A stretch of 64,000 bases of DNA from an uncultured Gammaproteobacteria bacterium (GCA_964452165.1 CAYVKP010000001.1:426375-490374), one strand, 5' to 3'; counted from the stretch's first letter, positions 8,324 through 17,163 are shown. The notes: a model not told the origin generated them from the letters alone. Made by a program: numbers and translations.

Positions 8324-10804
8324 TTAGGAATTAGAATCCATTTCAAAATCCTGCTCAAGCTTTTCCTCAAGCGTACGCATTATTTTTTTAAGGTCTATAC
8401 CTCTTTCAAGTGTTGGTTTCCAAAGGTCTCCTACCTTTTCAATTCGGGTCAAAATGTTTTTAATTGTAAAGTCACCAGGTGACAATTTCCTGTTAACCTC
8501 ACTCCATTTGAGTGGTGTGGAAACCGTTGCACCAGGACGTGGCCTGATGGAATATGGAGCGGCGAGAGTTTGCCCTATCCTATTTTGTAAAAAATCTAAA
8601 TAAACCTTGCGTTTTCTTTTGGAGGGACTTCTAGCAACACTTGTAAAATCAGGATTTTTACGATTTACAATATTAACGATAATTTCTACAAATTTCCGGC
8701 CTTGTTCGTGAGTGTATTTACCTCCCGTCGGAATATAAATATGAATACCCGTTGCACCTGAGGTCTTTGGATAGCTTTCTATCTCCAGTTTCTCCAAAAC
8801 ACCACGCACTTGGTTGGCAGCATCGACAACCTTATCAAAACCTATTTCTTCAGGATCTAAATCCACAATTACGTAGTCTGGGTTCTCAAGACTTCCAATT
8901 TTGCTGTTCCAGGGATTTATGTCAATACAGCCTAGATTGACCATATAAAGAAGCGCTTCCAAATTATTGCATACAAGGTAATTTATATCCTTTCCCTCGC
9001 TGTCAGATGGTATTTTTACAGAGTCTACAAAGCTTGGCAATTTAAAATTAATGTCTTTTTGAAAAAAACTTTCACCGTTAATTCCATTCGGATAACGCTT
9101 TAAAGATTCCGGCCTGTTTTTAAGATAGGGTAAAATTAGGCCTGAGATTTTTTGATAATACTGTCTGAGATCTCCTTTCGTGTAGCCTTCACCGGGCCAG
9201 AAGACCTTATCAGGGTTAGAAAATTTTAAAGCCTCGGGTTTTGTCGCAGCTTTTACTTCTTTCGGTTTTTCAATGGTTATTTCTTGTGGACTTTTGTCAG
9301 CCCTCAAACCTTTGAAAATAGGTTGCCTCATGTGTCCTCCTTCAGTCCACTGTGAGAATTCAACCTCACAAATAAGCACTGGCTCTACCCAGGTCGCAGG
9401 CATATTGGTAACGGGCACGCGTTTAAAAGGAGATCTATGGGTAACGATTTTTTGTAGTCGTGAGTCCATGCTTTTAAGACTTACCTCATCAAATCCGCTA
9501 CCCGTATGTCCCACATAAGTCAGTTCCCCATTCTTATAGACACCCAAGATTAATGCACCAAAATATTTTCTTCCCCCACGGGGGCGTGTAAAACCGCAAA
9601 TAATTACCTCTTGTCTTGCATGTGTTTTTATTTTCAACCAATTATTTCCCCGAATACCAGCCTGATAAGTGCTGTTCGATTTCTTCGCGATAATCCCTTC
9701 AAGTCCTTCCTTTGCTGCAGCGGCAAAGAATTTTATTCCGTTGCGCGTTATGTGCGATCCTACCTGAATATTGCTGTTCTCAGGAATAAGATTTGCCAAG
9801 ATTTCCTTTCGTTTTACGAGTGGTACGTCCATGAGGTTTTTGTCGTTCAAAAAGAGAATATCAAATGCATAATAAATTAAACTACCCCTGTTAACTTTTC
9901 TGTAATTTTGCAAATTTTGAAAATTGGGCTTTCCATTATCGTCAACTACAACAATTTCCCCGTCGAGCACAGCATTTAACTTAAGTGCGTTGAGCGATTC
10001 CACGAGAGCTGGGTAGTGTGTATTAAAAAGAGTTTCATTCCGGGAATATAATCTAACTTTTTTTTGGGAGCAATCTGCGATTGCTCGATATCCATCCCAT
10101 TTTATTTCAAATATAAACTCCTCATCGTCAAAAGGTTTATCAATAAGCGTAGCAAGCATTGGCTTTATAAACTCTGGGATTTTATCTTTCGGTAGAGATC
10201 TTAAAAATTCCTCGTCAATGCTTCCCTTGCGGGATCCGCTTCCCACCTCATCTACTTTTACTCCCGATACAACAGATCTATCCTGCAAGGTGACATCCTC
10301 ACTGGTTGCGTATTCGTCCTTTTCTTTTATAAGGAGCCACGAATTTTCTTCATCTGCGTTTTTCAATTTTACGAGCGCCCATAACCCTTTTAGCTTTTCC
10401 CCAAACAATCTAAATTTAATATTTCCGGTATGTAATTCTTTCAAGATTTCTTTTTCGGAATTTTCAGGATTGTTCGCCGATTCATAAGTTCCAGCATCCC
10501 AGATAATTACATTCCCTGCTCCATAATTTCCCTCGGGTATTATTCCTTCAAAATTACGATAATCAAAAGGGTGATCTTCAACCATCATGGCAAGACGCTT
10601 GACCGATGTATCCGGTGAAGGGCCTTTTGGAACCGCCCAGCTCTTTAAAACGCCGTCTGCTTCAAGCCTGAAGTCGTAGTGGAGATGGGAAGCGTGGTGC
10701 TTTTGAATTACAAACCGCAGAGGACCCTGATGGTTTTTTTGCATACCCGCGGGTTCCGGTGTTTTATCAAATTTGCGTTTTTCATTATAAAGTTTTAACG
10801 TCAT
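8324..10804 (-). CDS. ligD: Multidomain NHEJ DNA ligase LigD, ordered phosphoesterase – ATP-dependent ligase – polymerase/primase (Pseudomonas-type)
   Basis: The N-terminus 'KRKFDKTPEP...FVIQKHHASHLHYDFRLE...KSWAVPKGPS' is the LigD 3'-phosphoesterase domain. The central 'EIKWDGYRAI' is ligase motif I (KxDG). The C-terminal 'VFWPGEGYTKGDL..YY..IS..ILPYLKNRP.SL.RYPNG' is the LigD Pol domain. Confidence 0.9.
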   Translation of the reverse strand: MTLKLYNEKRKFDKTPEPAGMQKNHQGPLRFVIQKHHASHLHYDFRLEADGVLKSWAVPKGPSPDTSVKRLAMMVEDHPFDYRNFEGIIPEGNYGAGNVIIWDAGTYESANNPENSEKEILKELHTGNIKFRLFGEKLKGLWALVKLKNADEENSWLLIKEKDEYATSEDVTLQDRSVVSGVKVDEVGSGSRKGSIDEEFLRSLPKDKIPEFIKPMLATLIDKPFDDEEFIFEIKWDGYRAIADCSQKKVRLYSRNETLFNTHYPALVESLNALKLNAVLDGEIVVVDDNGKPNFQNLQNYRKVNRGSLIYYAFDILFLNDKNLMDVPLVKRKEILANLIPENSNIQVGSHITRNGIKFFAAAAKEGLEGIIAKKSNSTYQAGIRGNNWLKIKTHARQEVIICGFTRPRGGRKYFGALILGVYKNGELTYVGHTGSGFDEVSLKSMDSRLQKIVTHRSPFKRVPVTNMPATWVEPVLICEVEFSQWTEGGHMRQPIFKGLRADKSPQEITIEKPKEVKAATKPEALKFSNPDKVFWPGEGYTKGDLRQYYQKISGLILPYLKNRPESLKRYPNGINGESFFQKDINFKLPSFVDSVKIPSDSEGKDINYLVCNNLEALLYMVNLGCIDINPWNSKIGSLENPDYVIVDLDPEEIGFDKVVDAANQVRGVLEKLEIESYPKTSGATGIHIYIPTGGKYTHEQGRKFVEIIVNIVNRKNPDFTSVARSPSKRKRKVYLDFLQNRIGQTLAAPYSIRPRPGATVSTPLKWSEVNRKLSPGDFTIKNILTRIEKVGDLWKPTLERGIDLKKIMRTLEEKLEQDFEMDSNS

Positions 10805-11574
10805 TATGCATTTTCTTCGGCAAGACTTTGTTTTAAAAGTGACATTAGATCACGAACATGAGTAGGGGGTTTCGTAGTCTTTGGAGTTGGAAGTTTTTCA
10901 CCCTTTGCTTTTTTTGCGATCATCTTCTCAAGCTTCTCACGATAAGTGTCTTCATAGTCCTCGGGGTTAAAGGGTTTTGTTAACTTATCAATCAATGAAG
11001 TTGCCATATCTATTTCGGTTTTTGATACACGTTCATCTTTTGGAACGGAAAGATCTTTGTGACTTCTTATTTCCTCTCGGAATCTAATTTTATTAAGAAT
11101 TATGATGTTGGAGTGAGGTTTTAAAACTGCTAAAGACTCCCTAGTTCTTAAGATAAAGCTTGCAACCCCAACCGTCTTTGATTCTTTCAGAGCTTCATAC
11201 AAAAGATAATATGCTTTTTGAGCGTTTTTGGCAGGTTCCACATAATAAGGCGTATCAAAATATTCCGTATCAATCTCGTCAGCTTTTGCAAAACTCAGGA
11301 TTTGTATAGAGTCGTGTTTCTCGGGACTTGCGTGTTTTAAATCATCATCTGTTATGACAACATAATCTCCATCCCTAAATTCGAAACCTCTAACCAAGTC
11401 TTTATATTCAATTTCCTTTTCTTCCTTCTCACAGATTTTGGCATATCGGACTCGCGATAAATCTGTTTTATGTAGATAATCAAAATCCAGATTTTTATCT
11501 TCCGTACCCGGGTACAATCTGATGGGAATATTTACTAAACCAAAGTTGATAGAACCTGACCATATCGCTCTCAT
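10804..11574 (-). CDS. ku: Ku DNA end-binding protein (NHEJ). Start placed at the internal 'MRAIWSG'; the ORF track's 11622 start adds 16 hydrophobic residues and is less likely
   Basis: 'MRAIWSGSINFGLVNIPIRLY' is the canonical bacterial Ku N-terminus. Its stop codon overlaps the ligD start (TAATG), indicating translational coupling. Confidence 0.88.
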   Translation of the reverse strand: MRAIWSGSINFGLVNIPIRLYPGTEDKNLDFDYLHKTDLSRVRYAKICEKEEKEIEYKDLVRGFEFRDGDYVVITDDDLKHASPEKHDSIQILSFAKADEIDTEYFDTPYYVEPAKNAQKAYYLLYEALKESKTVGVASFILRTRESLAVLKPHSNIIILNKIRFREEIRSHKDLSVPKDERVSKTEIDMATSLIDKLTKPFNPEDYEDTYREKLEKMIAKKAKGEKLPTPKTTKPPTHVRDLMSLLKQSLAEENA

Positions 11575-11677
11575 AATAAGCAAAGTATAGGTCAAAAAAA
11601 TGGCCAATACAACAATTTTCACGCAACTATTACGAATTGTTTACGCGTTTATTATTCTCTAAAACTAAGGTTAATAT

Positions 11678-11893
11678 GTGGTAAAAACTAAGGTTACGGA
11701 TAATACGCAAAAGGACCCAAAAGATTGGAAAACGGGTGAGGAACGCGCTACGGGAGCCCAGATTTCTTATTTGACCACCATGGCTCAAGAAGCGGGCGTT
11801 AAGATTGATACGAAGGGTTTAACAAAAGCTGCAGCCGCAGAAAAAATAGAAGAACTTCAGAAGGTTACAGGCCGCGGACAATCAGCTAATTGA
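11678..11893 (+). CDS. DUF3072-family small protein (non-ATG start; exact start uncertain)
   Basis: 'DPKDWKTGEERATGAQISYLTTMAQEAG...TKAAAAEKIEELQ' matches the DUF3072 consensus (DP.DW.TGDEPMTGAQ.SYL.TL..EAGE). It is divergent from ku. Confidence 0.5.
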   Translation: MVKTKVTDNTQKDPKDWKTGEERATGAQISYLTTMAQEAGVKIDTKGLTKAAAAEKIEELQKVTGRGQSAN

Positions 11894-12615
11894 TGAAAAT
11901 CCGAATTGGAACCTCGGGCTTCAATTATAAGGAGTGGAAGGGAAGCTTTTATCCTGATAATTTACCGCAAAAAAAGTGGTTGGAGTTTTATGCGTCCAAA
12001 TTTGATTCTGTTGAAATAAATAATAGTTTTTACATTACAGTGAAACCTGCAACTTATGAAAACTGGTATAAGATAACGCCAGCCCATTTTATCTTTGTAA
12101 TAAAAGGACATAGATTTATAACCCAACTGAAAAAACTTGCAGGCGTTGAGGATTCGGTGCGATTGTTTTTTGAAAACGCTAAGCCTTTAGGTGAAAAATT
12201 GAAAGTGGTTCTCTGGCAATTTCCAAGGAATTTTTCGTTCAATGAAAAAAGCTTTGAGCGATTGAAAACTTTTCTGGATTTAGTCCCGCAGAATATTAAA
12301 CACGCTTTTGAATTTAGAGAAAAAGGTTGGTTTAGAGATGAAGTTTGCCAACTTTTAGAAGCCAATAATTCAACGCTTGTAATTGCTCAGTCTTCAAAAT
12401 TTCCGGAGATAGAAATGCCGGGAGGCAAACTTGTATATATAAGGCTTCATGGGCCGAAGGGATTGTATTCGTCGGGATACACAGACAATCAGCTTGAAAA
12501 CTGGGCAAAAAAAATTCGGCTGTATTCAAAAAAAGAAGAAGTTTATGCCTTTTTTAATAATGATAATGGCGGCTACGCAACAGAGAATGCGATGAGATTA
12601 AAATCTCTTATGTGA
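11893..12615 (+). CDS. DUF72 (YecE-like) family protein
   Basis: 'IRIGTSGFNYKEWKGSFYP...LEFYASKFDSVEINNSFY' is the hallmark DUF72 N-terminus. ATG is at 11893; TTG at 11890 is possible. Confidence 0.8.
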   Translation: MKIRIGTSGFNYKEWKGSFYPDNLPQKKWLEFYASKFDSVEINNSFYITVKPATYENWYKITPAHFIFVIKGHRFITQLKKLAGVEDSVRLFFENAKPLGEKLKVVLWQFPRNFSFNEKSFERLKTFLDLVPQNIKHAFEFREKGWFRDEVCQLLEANNSTLVIAQSSKFPEIEMPGGKLVYIRLHGPKGLYSSGYTDNQLENWAKKIRLYSKKEEVYAFFNNDNGGYATENAMRLKSLM

Positions 12616-12628
12616 CCCAAATGTTTTT

Positions 12629-12946
12629 CTACTTCATAAGTTCAAATGCCTCTTTAAGCCATTTGAGTAGATCACTGTCTATGTCCTCTGGTTTTTCGAT
12701 TTTTAATTCATTATGAAATCTGCTCTTTGAGACTTGTTCTTGTTTTGCTATTCTCAAGCTATTAATGGGAGATGCCGAGACGATGTTGAGAATAAAATAT
12801 TCTTTTCTTGGATGTACTCCCGCAAATGCAGCTCTATTTTTGAAATGTATTGAAGTTTTCTTTTCTTCCACAGTGATCTCTCCAAATTTCTTAAGTTCGG
12901 TCAGCAGTTGTTGATAGAGGCTCTTTACATAAGGAGTTAATTCCAT
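12629..12946 (-). CDS. Hypothetical protein (105 aa), DUF5655-like (low certainty)
   Basis: This is an ORF with plausible codon usage, convergent with the DUF72 gene. The family assignment is from memory only. Confidence 0.4.
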   Translation of the reverse strand: MELTPYVKSLYQQLLTELKKFGEITVEEKKTSIHFKNRAAFAGVHPRKEYFILNIVSASPINSLRIAKQEQVSKSRFHNELKIEKPEDIDSDLLKWLKEAFELMK

Positions 12947-13027
12947 GCTGTAATTTTAACAAATTATCGTTCTTTGTGTGACTTACCGGCTACCATCAGG
13001 AATTAGGTCGCTGTTATAATAGTTATC

Positions 13028-13678
13028 ATGTATAAAGATAAAATATCCATCATTACATTAATTCTTGTTAATCTTATTCCGCTTTACGGAGTTTTATTTG
13101 ATAATTGGCAGATATTTACAGTTGTATTTTCGTACTGGTTACAGAGCCTTGTCGTCGGAATGTACACAATATTAAAAATGATGAAAGACCAAGGAATTTC
13201 AGAAAGCCAGAAAGTTACTAAAGATGATAACCAGCTCCTAATGAAGCAATACAGTAGGCTCTCAAATATTATTCTTATTCCATTTTTTTGTTTACATTAC
13301 GGAGGTTTTTTACTTGGTCATCTAGTTTTCATTATCGGTCTTTTTCCGGTAAAAAATTTTCATATTACCCAAATGATTATTCCTTCTATTGCTTTAGTAA
13401 TTAATCACGGCGTTTCATACTGGAAAAATTTCATAGGTCAAAAAGAATATCTTTACATTGCTCCACTAGAGCAAATGGGTACTCCCTACATAAGGGTTTT
13501 TGTTATGCATTTAACTGTTCTTGGTGGGGCATTTATGATTGTGTTGTTGCATTTGCCCATTTTTGCTCTGGTTCTGCTGGTCCTGCTGAAGACATACGGA
13601 GATTATTGGTCGCATATCGTAGAACATAAATTGATTGAACAGAAACGACTACCTACTTACCAAAAACAATCTTTGTGA
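13028..13678 (+). CDS. Hypothetical polytopic membrane protein (216 aa)
   Basis: It has 5–6 predicted hydrophobic helices. No recognisable motif was found. Confidence 0.45.
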   Translation: MYKDKISIITLILVNLIPLYGVLFDNWQIFTVVFSYWLQSLVVGMYTILKMMKDQGISESQKVTKDDNQLLMKQYSRLSNIILIPFFCLHYGGFLLGHLVFIIGLFPVKNFHITQMIIPSIALVINHGVSYWKNFIGQKEYLYIAPLEQMGTPYIRVFVMHLTVLGGAFMIVLLHLPIFALVLLVLLKTYGDYWSHIVEHKLIEQKRLPTYQKQSL

Positions 13679-13814
13679 CCCAGATATTTCTCCTTGTTTA
13701 ACCACCATCAGGAGTTGGCCAGTTTAAATGAATTTTCACATCAGCATCTCCATTAAGAGGTGTGGCCTGAGATGTTCAGGCTCTTTAGATTTGGAGCTTT
13801 CAGTATTCGTATTT

Positions 13815-14285
13815 TCAGTTGATGAAAGGAACTTTTTGGCAAACGGAGTTAATACATTTTGCATTATATCTTTTGCCATTATTGTTGGAACAGATACATG
13901 AAGTTAGCACACTGTTGTGTCGTGGTGGGTTACAACTTTGACTTGCAGATTTGATCCAATCTGTATTAACTGCTTTTGATTCCTCTGAAGAAGATTCACA
14001 ACAGCCTTCGCAAACACTGTATGGATAAGCCAATTCGCAATCTTTATCCATGGAGCACTTATTAAAAAAGGAAGGTTTCTCGCTATGTATGTTGCTTACA
14101 GCAAGATAGCTAATAAAACGGAAAGATAATGGGCCAACGACAAGAATAGTTATAGCCATCAATACAAGAATAATAGACAATGGGATACCTCTAATTTTTC
14201 TACCCGAAAGTTTGTGAACAAGGTTTTCAAATATTTCTTGGTCAGGCTGAGGCAGGTTGGGATGATTTTGATTGTTTTCTTCCAC
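13815..14285 (-). CDS. Hypothetical single-pass membrane protein with a Cys-rich (12 Cys) extracytoplasmic C-terminal domain; GTG start
   Basis: One TM segment ('IPLSIILVLMAITILVVGPL') is followed by 'CELAYPYSVCEGCC...CICSNNNGKRYNAKCINSVC'. No family was recognised. Confidence 0.35.
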   Translation of the reverse strand: MEENNQNHPNLPQPDQEIFENLVHKLSGRKIRGIPLSIILVLMAITILVVGPLSFRFISYLAVSNIHSEKPSFFNKCSMDKDCELAYPYSVCEGCCESSSEESKAVNTDWIKSASQSCNPPRHNSVLTSCICSNNNGKRYNAKCINSVCQKVPFIN

Positions 14286-14431
14286 CTCTCGAGTATTTCA
14301 CGAAGCAAGCTATGTGTCAAATTGCTGTGGCCCAAATGTTTTTGCATTGGAACCAAATATGTAGTTCTTTGGAGCAGTGGAGAAACATACTGCAATCGTT
14401 GTATACTCTTAATGTGAACGAAAATGGTGAG

Positions 14432-15088
14432 ATGCCAGTTAAAGAAGCTGGACAACAAAGTTTTAAAGACGAGCTTGTTGAAAAAATCGGATTTGTTCCC
14501 ACAACAACCCCAGAAGATATAAGACTTGTAAGAGGTACAAATAATGATGAGTCTGAAGACGTGGTACAACATGGTTGGGGAGTAAGTCGTGGAACTGTTT
14601 TCCAAGGAAACGCAGAATACCTTTCAACAGACGCAGATGAGGCAGCTGAAAAAATTGCAAGTTTACATAGAGGGGCAAGAACAGGACTAATCTTTGCGAT
14701 ACCGAATATTTACGCTGAATGGGGAGCCTTAAAAAATGCCAGAAAGATTGATGCTGAGATAAGACCTGAGCTTCCATTTGCTGAACCTGATCCTACCGGT
14801 TCTCGCGTAAGGATAGGAGAAGCAACTGCTGATTATGTTGTTCCACCTGAATATGTCGAGGGATATTATGATAAAGATGAGAAGGCATGGCATCCAAATC
14901 CTTTATTTTGGACCAACGTGGTAAAGAAAAAAGCTATAGATGAAGGGTGGACAGAGGAGCAATTGCAAGCAAAAGTTAGTGAGATGCGAGGGGAAAGAAA
15001 ACAAAAAGGACTCGCGAGATTACGTGAGGAGAATAATAAAACAAATGACCTTAACCGCGAGGCACTGAAGAGTCTTCCTAAGACTTAG
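14432..15088 (+). CDS. Hypothetical soluble protein (219 aa). Start placed at 'MPVKEAG', which has a GGTGAG Shine-Dalgarno; the ORF-track start at 14312 was rejected
   Basis: This is a long ORF ending 17 nt from the 3' end of the convergently oriented tRNA-Glu. No family was recognised. Confidence 0.45.
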   Translation: MPVKEAGQQSFKDELVEKIGFVPTTTPEDIRLVRGTNNDESEDVVQHGWGVSRGTVFQGNAEYLSTDADEAAEKIASLHRGARTGLIFAIPNIYAEWGALKNARKIDAEIRPELPFAEPDPTGSRVRIGEATADYVVPPEYVEGYYDKDEKAWHPNPLFWTNVVKKKAIDEGWTEEQLQAKVSEMRGERKQKGLARLREENNKTNDLNREALKSLPKT

Positions 15089-15105
15089 AAATTTAGCTCC
15101 GTGTG

Positions 15106-15178
15106 TGACCCCAGGCGAAGTCGAATCGCCGTTACCAGGATGAGAACCTGGTGTCCTAGGCCACTAGACGATGGGGCC
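15106..15178 (-). tRNA. tRNA-Glu (anticodon CUC), 73 nt, CCA not encoded
   Basis: The reverse complement folds as a cloverleaf: acceptor GGCCCCA/TGGGGTC, D-arm GTC-TAGTGGCCTAG-GAC, anticodon stem CCAGG/CCTGG with loop TTCTCAT, T-arm GGCGA-TTCGACT-TCGCC. It closely resembles canonical bacterial tRNA-Glu. Confidence 0.8.
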
Positions 15179-15248
15179 AAGTGGTAAAGTATTTTACCTT
15201 AAATTGAGCCTTGAACTCAAGCTCGGCTTGATTTGTTATAATGTTTTT

Positions 15249-16004
15249 ATGAAACCGTTTTTCTTGTCCGTGGTGATTCCCTCCTACAACGAGATGGGAA
15301 ATCTTCGCAAAGGAATACTTGACCACATAGAGCATTACCTTGAGAGACAGAAGTATAAATACGAAGTGATAATAGTTGATGATGGATCAACTGACGGAAG
15401 CCGGGAGTTTGTAAAGGAGTTTGCAAAAGAAAACCATAAGTTTCGTTTAATGGAAAACTCGCATATGGGCAAAGCCGGGGCAGTAACCGCGGGTGTTTTA
15501 ACAGCCGTGGGCGATTATATTCTTTTCACCGATATGGATCAAGCAACCCCCATTGAGGAGCTTGAAAAACTTTTGCCTTTGGCAGAGAAGGGTGGAGATA
15601 TTATCATTGGATCCCGCAATGCAAGGCGTGGTGCACCTTTTTCCCGCCGAGTTATGTCAAAAAGCGCAGCGCTTCTGAGGATTTTGTTCGTAGGTATGCC
15701 GAAGCTCAAGGATACCCAGTGTGGTTTCAAGCTTTTTACAAAAAAAGCCGCTCGCGATATCTTCACCAAGATACACAAGATTCATAATGGATTTAAGACT
15801 ATCAGAGGGTCCTCGGTTACTGCCGGTTTTGATGTAGAGTTGTTGTACCTTGGTAAAAAAATGGGTTATTTTATTGTGGAGGTTCCGGTTGATTGGCTTT
15901 ATGTTGAAACCCGCCGCGTCTCTCCAATAAAAGACTCCATAGGAGGGGTTATTGATCTTATAAAAATTAAAAAGAATATTATAAAAGGGGTCTACAACAA
16001 CTAA
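15249..16004 (+). CDS. GT2 polyprenol-phosphate glycosyltransferase (DPM1/CsbB/GtrB-like). Start at 'MKPFF'; the ORF-track start at 15171 overlaps the tRNA
   Basis: 'LSVVIPSYNEMGNL...YEVIIVDDGSTDGS...GKAGAVTAGV...FTDMDQATP' are the DxD/GT-A motifs of dolichyl-phosphate mannose synthase-like enzymes. Confidence 0.85.
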   Translation: MKPFFLSVVIPSYNEMGNLRKGILDHIEHYLERQKYKYEVIIVDDGSTDGSREFVKEFAKENHKFRLMENSHMGKAGAVTAGVLTAVGDYILFTDMDQATPIEELEKLLPLAEKGGDIIIGSRNARRGAPFSRRVMSKSAALLRILFVGMPKLKDTQCGFKLFTKKAARDIFTKIHKIHNGFKTIRGSSVTAGFDVELLYLGKKMGYFIVEVPVDWLYVETRRVSPIKDSIGGVIDLIKIKKNIIKGVYNN

Positions 16005-16008
16005 TTTT

Positions 16009-17163
16009 ATGAAGAAACTTATCCTGCCTTTGTGGATAGCCACATCAGTTGCTCTTCTTCTTTATTCTTTTACTCAAGTTGATCTTTCTCTCACGCTTTC
16101 AAGAGCTTCAATCTACCAAGCAGTAGAGAAATCATTTCAGTACGTAGGATACTTTAATAGGCCGCTTTCAACATATATTTATATCGGAATTGTAGCTGTT
16201 TTGTTCGTTTTATATCTAATAACACTTAACCTTGTTCGCAAAAAACTAATTGATAGGAGAATGGTATTTGCCATAGTAATTTTTGCAGCGCTAATCCTTT
16301 TTCTCTCCTACAATGCCTTCTCATATGACTTCTTCAACTACATTTTTGACGCAAAGATTCTAACGCATTATCATGCAAACCCTTATTTGCATAAGGCATT
16401 GGATTATCCGGGTGACCCCATGCTTTCATTTATGCATTGGACGCACAGGACCTATCCATATGGGCCAATGTGGCTTGTGGTCACCGTGCCTTTATCTTTT
16501 ATAGGATTCGGATACTTTTTGTTAACGTTCTATTTATTTAAACTACTTATGGCGGCAAGCTTTATTGGATCAGCTTTTTTAATAGAGAAAATAGCAAAAC
16601 GAACAGGGGTTGATACATTACTTGCTGTGGTTGCCTTTGCTCTTAATCCGTTGGTTTTAATTGAATGTTTGGTTTCAGCCCATAACGATATAGTCATGAT
16701 TTTTATTGGTCTTTTTGCACTTCTTGCTTTCCTTGAAGGTAAATATGTTAAGTCTTTGTTCGCTTTAATAATTTCGGTTGCAATAAAGTACGCGACAGCA
16801 CTTATGATACCTGCAATAATCGCCAAGGGTATTTTTAAAGTCGAAAAGGAGAAGTTTTTCTACGTTTTGATTATATCAATGCTTCTTCCTATCGGATTCG
16901 CATCATATAGGACTCAGTTTCAGCCATGGTACCTTCTCTACGCGCTTCCCTTTGCGGCTTTTGTGCAAAAGAAATATTTTGTTATGATTCCCGTCGTCAT
17001 AGTCTCACTTTTTGCTCTACTTAATTACGTTCCGTTTTTATACAATGGTAATTGGGATCCGCCAACACCCACAATTCTTGCCTACATGCTTTACGGTTCA
17101 ATCGCGGCCTCGGTAGTATTGGTTGTGATAAAACCCTTCTTTTTTCCCAACAAGGTTGAGTAG
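16009..17163 (+). CDS. DUF2029/GT87-like GT-C polytopic membrane glycosyltransferase
   Basis: The first-loop motif 'YDFFNYIFDAKILTHYHANPY' follows the DUF2029 pattern (D...Y..aa..ll.g.dPY). It has about 10 TM segments and 'SAHNDIVMIF'. A paralog sits at 53722. Confidence 0.6.
   Translation: MKKLILPLWIATSVALLLYSFTQVDLSLTLSRASIYQAVEKSFQYVGYFNRPLSTYIYIGIVAVLFVLYLITLNLVRKKLIDRRMVFAIVIFAALILFLSYNAFSYDFFNYIFDAKILTHYHANPYLHKALDYPGDPMLSFMHWTHRTYPYGPMWLVVTVPLSFIGFGYFLLTFYLFKLLMAASFIGSAFLIEKIAKRTGVDTLLAVVAFALNPLVLIECLVSAHNDIVMIFIGLFALLAFLEGKYVKSLFALIISVAIKYATALMIPAIIAKGIFKVEKEKFFYVLIISMLLPIGFASYRTQFQPWYLLYALPFAAFVQKKYFVMIPVVIVSLFALLNYVPFLYNGNWDPPTPTILAYMLYGSIAASVVLVVIKPFFFPNKVE

Noticed and set aside
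10804-11622. Longer Ku ORF starting 'MKIVVLAIFLTYTLLIM'
   Set aside because: Canonical Ku begins 'MRAIWxG'. The 16 extra residues are a hydrophobic stretch that runs into the divergent promoter region, so this is probably an upstream in-frame artefact. It is retained as an alternative in the feature evidence.
12611-14343. Treating the 18-mer TGTGACCCAAATGTTTTT / TGTGGCCCAAATGTTTTT pair as a statistically significant repeat on its own
   Set aside because: A back-of-envelope estimate for 64 kb of AT-rich DNA gives tens of chance 17/18 matches. It is reported only as suggestive, because of its positional context at gene ends near the tRNA 3' end.
14312-14431. Upstream extension of the hypothetical gene ('MCQIAVAQMFLHWNQ...')
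   Set aside because: The extension spans the repeated 18-mer motif and has no RBS. An ATG at 14432 has a GGTGAG Shine-Dalgarno and is the more plausible start.
15171-15248. ORF-track start of the GT2 gene at 15171 ('MGPSGKVFYLKLS...')
   Set aside because: It would overlap the tRNA-Glu on the opposite strand. The conserved GT2 N-terminus begins at 'MKPFFLSVVIPSYNE' (ATG 15249), which is preceded by a TATAAT box.
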